Shown: positions 24,297-35,661, counted from the whole stretch's first letter. The stretch: DNA of 57,592 bases, filler included, from Thelocarpon superellum (GCA_026025795.1; 2 parts of 2 records of this genome joined end to end with filler, not necessarily neighbours in it); one strand, 5' to 3'. The notes: a model not told the origin generated them from the sequence alone. Numbers and translations are program-made.

Positions 24297-26380
24297 GACA
24301 ATTTCAGCTCCAGGCCCAGGACCCCGGAAGGGGTTCTTGAGCGACCAACAGCCTCGAAGGGATACGGGCGTGGAGTCTTCGTAAACCCGAGAAGGCTTTA
24401 CACGAAGTCACATGACCGGTATAGTCACGATTGGCGTTGTGCGGCTGCGGCTTGCGAAATCGTTTGGGCCACTCCCTACGTCACAACCTCATCTTCGCGC
24501 TCTTTATTGGCGTGAAACACTCTCGACGAACGGCATGCACGATTTTCAGCCTGCCTAGGTCCTTAACAGGACTAGTGATGTATACACGGAGCATGCAGTA
24601 CGTGGATCGGATCTGTCTCACTCCTTGCGATCTACCGCTTGATCCGGGGTAGCCAGCTGATCCATTATGTTCTTCGGATCCTTGCATGCGACTGCCACAT
24701 ATCTATCCGAAAGGAAACAGTCAGTGGAGCCCTGAACGAAAATCCAGTGGTAAAGGGTGAAGTCAATCTGTTCTTGGACAGAACGGCAGATGGGGGGAAG
24801 CCGTACTTTGTATGTGACCCCCGGGCAATGAGCTCTCCTTTATCATTGCGGAAGCGCGTTGTCGTGTATGCTAGATTTTTGCCAACTAGAGCGGACGACC
24901 CTTCGTTAGCTTTCGAGCTTTGTCAACTAATCGCCTGGAGTTTGGAAGCGTACTTTTGTCGCACTCCACTTCCTAGATGGCACAGACTCCATGTCAACAC
25001 GTGCTCCATGAGCAGGACGGGCCGGGCCGACAAACCGCGCGAACTATACTACCAACCCTTCCGCCAGAGCTCAGGTAGGTGACTATCCTCGAAAAGGCCT
25101 CATCAGAAGATAGCTCCCTGGCATCCCGGTGCTTGTTCTGACCATTCAGATCCGTAGACACACCGGTGGACCACAAGCCGCGCGATGCCACAGCTAAAGA
25201 GCCTCCAAGGTCGACTGCAATGATCGCATCATCAGCGTGGGAACGGACGCGGTCACGGAAGTAACACAATAGCATGTCTCGAGTAGAGGTCCTGGGAGGA
25301 CAAGAGGCACCCCGGCTACGACATACCCATGCTTGCAATGGTCCCGCCATGGAGGATGCCCAGTCTATTCTGAATCGGAGCGGGCCGTCAGAGAGTGACT
25401 GGATCCTCCGACCACATGTCCAACTCCTCACCGTATGATCTTTCTCTATCTCCAGTTCGAAACGAACGTGACCGGGTGCAGCGCCTGTGATTCGAAGCTA
25501 CAGGGACAGAACCAAACTGCCATTAGACGTTGATAGACCACTTTTCAGGAGACGCGACGTTTGTTGTCGAAAGACGACCTAGAGACATGGTGCGATACAT
25601 GCAAGCTGGAGAGACGTACAGTGTCGAGGAGCCTGGCCCAGTCGCAGCGATCCTCGTTAGTATCCAGGTCAAGTGTATACGTCGACAGTCATGGGGGGAC
25701 GAGCCTGGCTCCTCGAGGACCAGCCACCCCGAAGGAACGGCACACGCACCGCGGCTCCAGACCGGACTGCTCTCGGAACGAGGCCCACACCTGATGGCAT
25801 CATCTCAGCACGGCAGGGACCCCCCGGCTCCCGTAAGATGCGGACTATGCATGAATGTCCAACATGGTTTGGACAGGATGCGGGGGATGAGCGTGGAGGC
25901 CTCAGGCCTCAGCGCGTCTGCAAAGGTGCGTCAGACTTACGGCACGGACGAACTTGAGTGCTGCCATGTGGATGGCCCGCCGTTATCGTCGCTGGATGAT
26001 TGGGTGGCGAGGAAGAGGCAGGTCGAGAAGAGGGTGGGAAGAGGTACGGCGGATCGGTCGACGGCCTGTGCGACGGCCAACAGCACGGCGACAGCTATGG
26101 TTGTACGCAACCTTGGTGCCCAGGTGCAACGGCCAACCGAAGGAACGACATTGGCGCCGTTATGACTCCACCGGACGAGGCAGAAGGATCCAGCGGCACG
26201 CCGTTTCCGCGGCTCTGGGTGGCAGTTGGGGTATGACGAGCGGCCCGAACACCAACGATCGTTTCGTGTGGCATCGAAGAGACCACACTTGTTCGACCGT
26301 GCTGGTCTGTACGCCTACTGAGAGTCGCGATGGTACGAGTGCTCGTACCGCGACGCCTCTTCAACCTCCAATCTCCAACC

Positions 26381-26430
26381 TCCTCCCCTCCCCTCCCCCC
26401 CTCCCCTCCTCCCCACCTCCCCTCCTCCCG
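26381..26430. repeat. Polypyrimidine/polypurine C-rich tract
   Basis: tcctcccctcccctcccccc...cctcctccc; many G3+ runs on the minus strand. Confidence 0.75.
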
Positions 26431-27202
26431 TCCGCCTTTTCCGCGCGCGCCAACCAGGCGGCAACTTCGTGGTGCGCCAAGTTGAGAGAGGGTATGGCTT
26501 CCTAGCCGCGGTCTCTTGAACTCATTGGTCACATAAACCGGGGGCCCATTAAGCGACTCACTCCCTCTGCGAATGAAGGAGGGGGACGCTGCATAGCGGA
26601 GCTACGGTCGTGCACCTGCACGCGTGATGGCGCAGCAGCCAAAGCAACGAGGCTAAGTGCTCTGCGCTAGTCACCGATGATCCGACTCGTGGAGACGACG
26701 GAGTAGAGTTGAAAAAGCAATTCGAAAATGCACTCCCAGCAGTCCGTTGATGGTTGAATATGCGTATATCACATGCGCTAACTCTACTAGACTCCCGGAA
26801 GAGGGTGAGCAACCAATTGGATCGACTAGTCACCTACAAGACATCCCTTGAGACCTAGTGTTGCCACACAGCTGGTCGACCCTAGTCGACGAATGCGCCT
26901 AGGACCAAGGCCTGGCCACCCTTACTGCCAGCAAATGACAAGCACACGAAAGGGGGATCTCCCTACTTGCTGAACGGGTAGGCTAGACCTCCCCATGACG
27001 TGGGAATAATAAGACCTTACACTTGAGGTAACTGTGTTGCAATACACGAAGCGGCCCATTCATGGAGAGTAAGGACGAGCAGATTCCTGCTTCCGGACGC
27101 TTATGTGATAGAGACAGAGGTACGCACCCTTCCCACGCACTTTCAATCAGCCGGATTCCCAGGCCTAGACGCACCTGCTCGAAAGCCATGTCGTAGACCT
27201 AG

Positions 27203-28756
27203 CTAGCTTCTGCTCGAGCGCGTTTGTCGTTTGCTCCGAGACTCGTCGTCTGGGTCAGGCGAGCGTTCTGGCTGCTCTTTTCGCTTTCGCTGCGCCGGAT
27301 GATCCGTCGGAGGGATGGAGAAGTGTTTGAAGACCTTCAGCGCATCGTCGTGGGCGACGGCCATCCGCTCCTCGTTGTAAGCACAAAGAAGCTCCTGGTA
27401 TAATTGATCCATCGGAAACCTGATATGCATGTTTGCTGCGTCTGAAGTGCTGATGCCTTTGTCGCGAAGAAGGTCGGCCTCGCCTCTGTAAAGCTCGGCG
27501 ACAGATAGGGAGAACTCCGACCCAGAGAGAGAGGCGTGGCTGGATTGACCCTCGATGGTTGCCTCAAAGACCCTTTTGATTTGACGTGGCTTGTTCGCAT
27601 CCTCGTCACGACAGTAGACGAAAAATTGAGCATCTATTGGTCCAAGCAGTGGCTTTCGAAGTTTGTCGAGCTTGTCTTTCGCCAGCATGAGGTCGACCAG
27701 ATCCAGAGGTGCAAACGCTTCGAGATATTTTTTCCATTTCTTGTGCGCAACGGGGTGATCTTTCGCGAGGTCAACTGCATCGGGAGGCCATAGTCCAGAG
27801 TATGTCGCAGGATCCGCGAAGTCGGCTGTAGAAGGCTCCCATGGACGAATCTTGCGCGGGTATTTGACGACATTGAAGATCATGACAAAGTTGATCTGGA
27901 AATCCGTGTCCCAGAGATAAGTCTCCGCTTTCCGAAGCATTTCGACCAGCGTCGAACTGACACCGTTCTCGATTACGACAGGCGGATAGAAGGACTTGGC
28001 CTGTTTCGGTTTGATCATCTGATCGGGCACCTTGATATAGGGGGCCCCAGATGGAGTTGTACCAGTAACTTCTGTTGCAAGACGGAGTCAGCGTAAGCCG
28101 GATAGCGATTGCAAACGACCCCAACAGTTCAGAGGATTCACGGGAGTCGGTCCCGCACCAGGACTCACTGTGCTCAGTTTTCGTCGAGAGACCACGAACG
28201 ACTTGCGATGGCACCGACTCACGGCTGTCCGAAACGCAGGCCGTAACGAATTCCTGGACTGTGCTGTGGAGCGGGCTTGGAGCCAATTTGATGATCATCT
28301 CCTTTGTCGTGCCATCGTATTCGTAGCTCGTCTTCCTAGACTCGAAGAGGTCCTTGTGGACGGCCTCGAGCCTTTCAAAGCGCTCGAAAGAGATGTTGTG
28401 AAAAGAGATGCTGTCACGGTCTCGCAACGTCTCGTTGAGCGAGTCAAGTACCTCGTTTGAGAGCTCTTCGGGCTCTTCGGGGAGGATCGGGGGGGCTACG
28501 CTGGCTCGGGATTCGGATGTTTGCGAGGCGTATGTACTATCTGGGTGCCTTTCGGGGCTCGGGAGATCCATGCCTTTAAGCGACTTCGTCACGGCAGTCA
28601 CGCGATTGCTTGGAGTCGGGGGGGTGTGCGTTGATTCATAAGAGGAAGAGAGCTGGTCGGTTGGCTGGTCGGGCTCTAGGGGTGGGATAGAACCAATGCT
28701 TGAAGTAGGTGTATGGGGTGCGCCGCGGCCACTTCTCGCCGTGGGCTTGTGAGATG
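27203..28756 (-). CDS. Putative PD-(D/E)XK (Uma2-like) nuclease-fold protein, 5'-truncated at the spacer
   Basis: Frame open from the contig edge (SHKPTARSG...) through ORF 28601. Intron 28168-28072 (GTGAGT...GCTGAC...CAG) joins it to ORF 27203-28030, giving YEYD...MIIKLAPSPLH...YIKVPDQMI...YPPVVIENGVS...MLRKAETYL...INFVMIFNV. Confidence 0.65.
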
Positions 28757-28856
28757 NNNNNNNNNNNNNNNNNNNNNNNNNNNNNNNNNNNNNNNNNNNN
28801 TTAATTAATTAANNNNNNNNNNNNNNNNNNNNNNNNNNNNNNNNNNNNNNNNNNNN
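28757..28856. other. Artificial contig-joining spacer
   Basis: Exactly 44 N + TTAATTAATTAA (stop codons in all six frames) + 44 N = 100 nt. Confidence 0.95.
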
Positions 28857-31165
28857 TTGGAGAACGGACTCATTGGCGGAATGCTCGAGAAGCTGGGGGT
28901 AGGCGATGGCATCGTCACTGGGGCTGCCGGTGCTGGGGCCGGCGGGTAGCGAAAACCCGAGGTTGAGATCATGTCGGGCGGGCCTCGCAGGGCTTGCTGA
29001 GCCTCGTAGGCCGTGGGCGTCGTGCTGGGCGGGACGTGCTGAGCGCTAGTCGCTGGCTCCATGCTGGACACTGCCCCCTGTGCCCGCGGTGCTCCGTTGG
29101 AGCGGAGAGTGCGATCGAACTGGATGGGGTCGAGGGAAGAAGATCCCGCGCGAGGAGGAAGAGGAGTCTGCGAATGCGAATGCGAATGCGAATACGAATG
29201 CGAATGCGAATGCGAATGCGACGCGTTGGAGGGATCCGTCATAGAGGTCGCGACGAGAGCATTCGGGGGGCGGTCAGCGGAGGATGGAGTCGACTTCGCA
29301 CTGGAGCGGCGAGTGCTGGTGTCCGCCACGGGACGGTTTGTGTTAAGCGTCAGCGATCTCTTCGCTGCTGGACCCGAGGGACGTCGTGGTCCAGAGTCTG
29401 CGGTAGGCTCGTTCGCCGAAATGAGTTGCGAAGTCGCGGTAGACTCTTCGGGAGCAGGCTCGGCCACGAGGGTGTTCGATGTAGAGCCAGAGGGTGGTGC
29501 CGACTTCGTTCCGGGTTTCGGCTGATTCCGAGCTCCCTTTGGTCTGCCCCTCTTCTTGGCCGGCGCTGCCTTCGGCTTCGCTCGAACAGGCGAGGCGCTC
29601 AACGGGGCGGCATCCTCATAATCCGAGTCATCGTCGTCTTGGCCCTCGTGCTGGACCTCCATTTCGGTGCCGTTCGAACGACGGGCTTTCATGGTCGTGC
29701 TCCCATCGGCAGCGCCGCGGACGGATTCCAGGGTAGTGATCAAATGCCAGACAGCTCTCCACGTGTCCAGGTTCAATTTGAGGTCCCGGTAAACGAGGCG
29801 GAGCTCTTTGCGAAGGTAGAGGATGTCGCCGTAGAGCATGTGAGTGTTTCGCTTGGGATACTTTGATATCAGCACTGTCACTCCGACCAGCTCCACCGGC
29901 GAAAAGGTTTTGACACGAGTGAAGTTGTGGTCTTTGAACAGGTCTGGTCGCGCACGGACGATCGAGGCAAATTTGGTGAAGACACGACGTAGGTGCGACT
30001 TGATCCCTTCGTCGCAGGAAGCTTCGGCCTCCAGGAGTTTGGCGATGTTCTGATGAGAGGTCCGCAGCTTCGGAACATCCCCCTGCGAATACAGCACCTC
30101 GATGACCTGGCTAAAGCACGCCAGGAGATTGCGCCACCCAGAGCTCCGCTTGTTGCCAGACACTATCTCGCGGTCCGATCAGCCTTGTCCCCTGCGGGCT
30201 CACGAGGAACGTACGCATCATGACATCGCAAAAGTCATGCTCGAAGAGAGTAGCAAATTCTTGCCAGGGCCCCCTGGTTGCACGAAACTTCTCGGCCGGG
30301 TTCAGAGGCATGCCTTTCTGCACGCGCGCAAAGAGATCCTCTTCTTGCTCGCGAGACAGCCCGTCGAATTCGATGCAGATCAACGATTTCTCGCGGAACT
30401 GCTTCTTCAGCCGCTCAGAGAGCACCTTTCGATTTCGAATCGGCTGTCCAGTCCGGTGATTGAGACTCGCCTGATAGTACCTGGAAGGCTCCCTGTCAGT
30501 TGGTGCGCCATCCATGTCCTGCGACGCTTTCTCCTACCAGGACTTGTAGTTTGCGTCTTTCACCGGAATCTCCCCGTCCAGAAAGGCTTTGACCGAGGTC
30601 AGTCTTTGCTTCCCGTCCACGCACACTCGCTTGAACCGAACGCCTCCCTCAGGTCCCGGCAACACCACCGTTTCCACGTTGAAGATGACAGGCGGCACGT
30701 AGAAATTGTCGTAAATGGACCCTACAAGAGCAGACATGCGGTCTTCTACTTGGCACACATCTGTGAGCTATAGTCGGATCAGGGATCTGTGGCGTGTGTA
30801 CTTGACCAGACCACTTCTCTCTGATATGGAGGGTTGAGGTCCAGATATGGACTGTTGAGCAGGCCTGCCACACGCATCAGTATCACTTCTCCTCCTCCGG
30901 GGACAAGCATCGGTGAGCACGAACTGACGATCTGCTCCAGCGTCCGGCGCTCGAGTGAAGGCTTCTTCAGCTGAACCGCCACAGCAAACTCATTGTCCGC
31001 GTTATCATGGTCGTCGTCATCGTCCTCTTCATCGCTTCCACTATCCTCCTCTTCCTCTTCCTCTTCCCCATTGCGGTCATCGACCTCGCGTTTGACGATC
31101 ACCGTTGAATCTCTCTCAGCTTGCTCCAGACTCGACGGGCGCGAGGAACCCTCACGGCTGTCCAT
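28857..31165 (-). CDS. DUF262 (GmrSD N-terminal, ParB/Srx-like) domain protein with AT-hook, 3'-truncated at the spacer
   Basis: Five exons with GT-AG introns give an acidic N-terminus, then LDLNPPYQREVVW, MSALVGSIYDNFYVPPVIFNV, RVCVDGKQRLTSVKAFL and EEDLFARVQKGMPLNPAEK, then a helical region, KKRGRPKG, and an S/P-rich tail open into the Ns. Confidence 0.85.
29169..29221. repeat. (TGCGAA)n hexanucleotide repeat encoding a Ser-His tract
   Basis: About 9 units with one TACGAA variant; reads SHSHSHSHSYSHSHSHS in the DUF262 gene frame. Confidence 0.9.
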
Positions 31166-31926
31166 CCTAGCTGTGGGTCTGCCATGATGTTTTAGCGTCT
31201 GCGCAGCTCCTAGGCCGACCCAGAGTGATGAATGAGCAGAGATTGAAGCGGAGCACAGGTCACCAAGCGTGCGTGGAGGTTCGGTTAGGAGTAAGGCGTG
31301 GACATAGCCAGTGAGCGAAAAACAGTCAGTATCACAATACAGCCAGGAGGAATGCGAAGAGTTGGTAATCAAGAGAGATCCAGTGCGGTTAGGTGTAGAG
31401 CTAGTCTAGCAGCTGAGGATCGAGTCAACTTACGCAAACAGCAAGCAGCCAAGCTGCGATCAGGGTAGTCACTGGAAGGAGATGTCAAGTCACCAAGGTG
31501 GTTTTGGAGACTGAAGAGTATATATTCACTTCTCGAGTTCTACTCTTCGAGTCTTCGAGATGATCGCAAGAGTAGACCTCTGGATCTCAACTGCTGAAGG
31601 CATGGGGTGAATCAAGCAACTAAGTGGCTGAAACCCTACTACTTAAGTGAATTAAATTTTGTGTAGCACATTTCTAATTTGAGACTAGGCTCAGCTCAAG
31701 GTCACAGCTGCCTAATAGATTGCTCTTTGACAATCTGACACAATTTGAAGGTTCGAATTCTTTTTACTTTATCCAGCCCAAGCCTCGACTGCAAAGGCAA
31801 GCTCGACATGCTACTCCCCGCACCAGATTAAAGCAGTGGCTCAACCCTTTGTAATCATCGGTCGGACCCTCATCTTGACAATTGGAAACCGACTACAGTA
31901 GGCCCGAGCCTGTGGGCCAGCATTAA

Positions 31927-33068
31927 TCACACATCGTCGTCGGATTCATAGCCTGCCATGCCTGCGGCCAAAATCGTGCTGACCGCCGCGGCCGCTCTTC
32001 CAGCTTCCCCGCCATGTCTCTTTGCCTCGTTGAGGCCACGCTCGACAAGTGGGTGCAAGCCCGCGAACCATCGTCGCCGGTCATCGCGATCTTCGTAAGA
32101 TTCAGAGTCTTCGTCCCGTGGCACTCCGAAGAGGTTTAGATAAGAAAAGCAGTTCGATCTTTGAGGGAGCACATGTTGCTCCGAGTCTGCCAGGGGAAAG
32201 GTGCGTGATGCGATCGATCTTTCCGCCGAGGCCGTCGGACCAATGCCGACGTGGAGAAATTGGCCGAGCACTTGGACCTGTTTGGCCGCCACCTTTTCTT
32301 GTCCCGCCGACCGGGCTTGCTTGAAGACCTCGGAAGTCCATTTCTTGTTGATCCCGCCTTCCTCCCACCCGAGGACCGCAAGAAAGCACTTGGTCAATTT
32401 GGCCCATCCACCCGGGCAGCTCACCGTTTCTCGGCCGGCCGCATCCAACAACCAGCTCAGTGTCTCGACGCTGTCGATGCGAATGTCGGCCGCGATATTC
32501 GTCATCCCCAGCCGGATATGCATGATGAACTTCCCCACGCCATCCTGAACCTCGTCCTTTGGTAATGCCTTGAACAGCTTCAAAAGCTGCAGGCGAACCT
32601 GCTGGCTGCGATGATAGATCAGAGGCAGAAGGAAGGAAAGCAACACGCCAAACGGGAGGGGGAGCGGCTCATGTTGCGGTCGAGAGATAATGGTGGTGGT
32701 GATGTGGGCAAGCGAATCGCGGCATTGTGAGGCCGAGTGGCTGCTTAAGAGTGAAACGTGATGGCGGAACTGAGCCGCTGGAGAAGGAGCGGCGATGGTG
32801 ATGGACTGCTGGTTGAGAACAATGGCTGTGATTTCATCAGGCACGGTCTCGGTGTTGAATTCAAGGGGGCAGGGATCCAATTTCGTACACTTGGTCTTGA
32901 AACTGGTGTCGGTGAAGTTGGCCGGTTTGGGCTTTGTCTTTCCCACCTTGAGTTGAGATTTCTGTGGCGGCCCTGGTTAGAAGAGGCTCTCGACAGCAGC
33001 TCCACTGACACTCCTCTTACCTGAAAGTCCTTCTTCTTCTCCTTCTTCTTCTTCGTGCTCGACCCCAT
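31927..33068 (-). CDS. IPI1: Pre-rRNA processing protein Ipi1 (Rix1 complex)
   Basis: MGSSTKKKKEKKKDFQ|KSQLKVGKTKPKPANFTDTSFKTK|SIVLNQQS...HHVSLLSSH...RLGMTNIAADIR; two introns. Confidence 0.92.
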
Positions 33069-33354
33069 CCCTCCGCCTCACCTTGGTGCAAAGTGCCTGA
33101 CCACCAGTAGATCACGAGAGGGGTCGAGAGATTTGCTCTTGGCCGGAATCCTCTGCTTAGCGAAGACTTTACGGCTGTTCTAGTTAAGCCGGGGGCCTAA
33201 CTCGCGACATTCTGCTCACTGAACTCCTGTCGCCCTGCTCCGTGGGATTCAGGGAGGGTATCGTGCGACCAGTTGAAGCTACAATTGTACCCTTTTTTTC
33301 CTACAGCCTGCGCGGGCGCCAGCTCAGCGCGTTGATGTCACGTATGAAGAAAGC

Positions 33355-34047
33355 ATGACACAACCAACGGTAGGCGGTCGGAGGGAAAACCGTGCCCCAG
33401 ATGGACAACTGACCATCCGATGTCCAGACCAACCTCCGCAATACCTTGAAATATCTCTCTTCCAAACAGCGCGTCCAATCGACCCTCATCCTCCGGCGCA
33501 ATACGGGTGCCATCCTCCACGTCAGCGGCCAACTCAGCCCCCCTTCCTCCGCCACCACGTCATCTACCCTCCTGACGTCCACCGCGGCTCCGTCCTCCCT
33601 CCCCGCGTCCTCTGCCGAGCCTCACGATCACGTCGCGAAATTCAAGACAGACGAAAGCCTCGAGCGTCGTGGCTCACACACTCTCGCCGCCGGGCTTTCG
33701 AGAGATGTCGATGGCTCCGTTGGAGCGGGGGCCGCCGGAAACACGAGCAAAGCCCAGGAATTGGCGAGCATGGCGTGGCGCTTCGCCGGCATGGCGAACG
33801 AATTGGCCTTGACGCTGGAAGATGTCCGCGGGGTTGGAATGGGAGGGGGCACAGGGGGAGTTTCGCCGGCGGAAGCCGGGATGAGTGAGAAGGTGGGCTT
33901 GCTACGAATGAGGACTGGCAAACACGAGGTCATCATCGTCCCAGGTATGTGGCTCTTCTCTCGTCCATGGAAGGCTGGTGATGACGCAGCTAAGAAGAGC
34001 GTGAAATAGATGATAATTTCCTCCTGGTTGTCGTGTGTGATGCTTGA
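33355..34047 (+). CDS. Roadblock/LC7 (dynein light chain-like) domain protein
   Basis: MTQPT|TNLRNTLKYLSSKQRVQSTLILRRNTGAIL...LLRMRTGKHEVIIVP|DDNFLLVVVCDA*; second intron 33945-34009; the LRxRTxKHExxIVP motif is typical of roadblock proteins. Confidence 0.8.
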
Positions 34048-34554
34048 AGGAGACGGGAGAACTGGGAGAACTGTGTACAATGGGGTGAGCCCTGGCGTTT
34101 AAAGTCCTGTCATACTGGGACTGCTTGCGTAGCCCAAAACGATGTCCGTTCCAACTCGTATCTTTCCCGACTCTCCCACCAGGACGAAGTCTGGGGCTTG
34201 CCCGGTATTCCAAGATCGACTAAATAGCTTCCAATCAGAGAAGCTCCGAAAAGTGGTTTCATTTTTGGTTTCATTTTTGGTCTTCCTGGACTGTCTAGAC
34301 GAGACATGAGAGCGAGAGGGCGTATGGGGGAGTGGAGAGTGAATGAGAGAATGCTAGTGCGAGAAGCATGCGCGGCCAACGATGTGATGCTCGACGATGT
34401 TCTTCCCGCTGTCCGATCCGCAGACCGGAGCCCCCGATCCCTGTCCCATGGCACCAGGTAATTGGACTGGTTCGCCGCCGATGGTAATCCCGAAACGTTC
34501 CTTTCCCGTGCCATAACCCCGTATGCATGAAGGCACCGCTCGTGTCCCCCGGGC

Positions 34555-35383
34555 TCAGACGCCCGGCACCATCAGAGGCCCAGCCACTTCGTCTCGCCGG
34601 GCCTTGCCGAGGAGCGATTCGACGATGGCCAGCGCGAACATGATCGCCGTTCCGGGACTGGTGACGGCGGCAGAGGTCAGCATCCGTCGAGCGGCGAGTT
34701 GGACGCGGGTGAACCACTCACCCTCGTGACGTGATGACACGATCATCCTCGACGACGTCGTCGTCGTAGTAGTCCCAGCCCTTGTTGACGATCTCCTGCT
34801 TGACGCTGGGATGGCTGGTGACCCGGCATTCCTTCTTGTCGAAGATGCTGGGCACCTCCACCGATCGTACCAGCACGAGGGTGCCGGCGCAGATGCAAGC
34901 CACGCGCTTGGCCTGGCCGCGCAATCTCTGGACCATCTCGAGGACCGTGCTGGAGGCGGTCAAGGTCGTGGCCCCAGGAGCGCCGCCAGGGACGATGAGC
35001 ACATCGGGGTCGGCGTAGAGGAAGGACAGATTGGAAATGTCATGGATGTCCGGAATGATCTTGACACCGCGCGAACACCTGCAGCACGTGCCCACTTGAT
35101 AAGCCACCGGAGCGCAAGATTGATGGGGTGGGCACAAGGAGAGAAGCGGAAGAGGGAGGACCTACACGGCCCAGGAATGGTGCTGGAGGTTGACCCCGAC
35201 CGAGCGGACGGAGAAGCCAGCACGCACAAGCACTACGACAAATCAGCGATGGGCTGGGCGCAGTGGGGGCGCGTTGCGTGGAGCCCGGCGTGAGGCCTCG
35301 CGGGTGGCGAGCGTACCGTCTTGGGACGTCACGAACTCAATTTCCTCGGTGCCATCGGCGAGGAGCACCAGTGCAGAAGCCAT
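34555..35383 (-). CDS. DJ-1/PfpI family protein (PARK7/YajL-like)
   Basis: MASALVLLADGTEEIEFVT, VLVRAG, CSRGVKIIPD, DVLIVPGGAPGA, nucleophile elbow ACICAG, VTSHPSVK, VITSR|GPGTAIMFALAIVE; three introns. Confidence 0.92.
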
Positions 35384-35661
35384 TGTGAGCGGGTCAAGGG
35401 GGGGCAAGGAAAGGAAAGACAAGGAGGTTGAGAACTTGGAAGAAAAAGACGGAACACCGACGAGCGACGAGCGACAGGATTAAGAGCTCCGTCGTGGAGG
35501 CCACCAGACATGTGGCCATGGTGGGGTGTGGGGCATTGCCGCGCTCTAGCACGCTCCGGGACGAAGGGGATGGGCGAGAGCACCTTGGGCGACGACACGA
35601 CCCTGCGACTGCTACGACCGCCAGTGCAGCGCCATGACCCACGAAGTGCAGCGGCGCGTCA

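Noticed and set aside
28801..28812. TTAATTAATTAA as a piggyBac TTAA target or biological palindrome
   Set aside because: Centred between two 44-N runs; a standard synthetic stop linker.
28994..29866. Plus-strand ORFs with (RM)n or (CE)n repeats resembling metal-binding proteins
   Set aside because: Antisense readings of the hexamer repeat inside the DUF262 gene.
31380..31900. AT-richer intergenic patch as a RIP-mutated transposon
   Set aside because: No terminal repeats, target-site duplication or TE coding remnant visible; compatible with ordinary terminator/promoter DNA.
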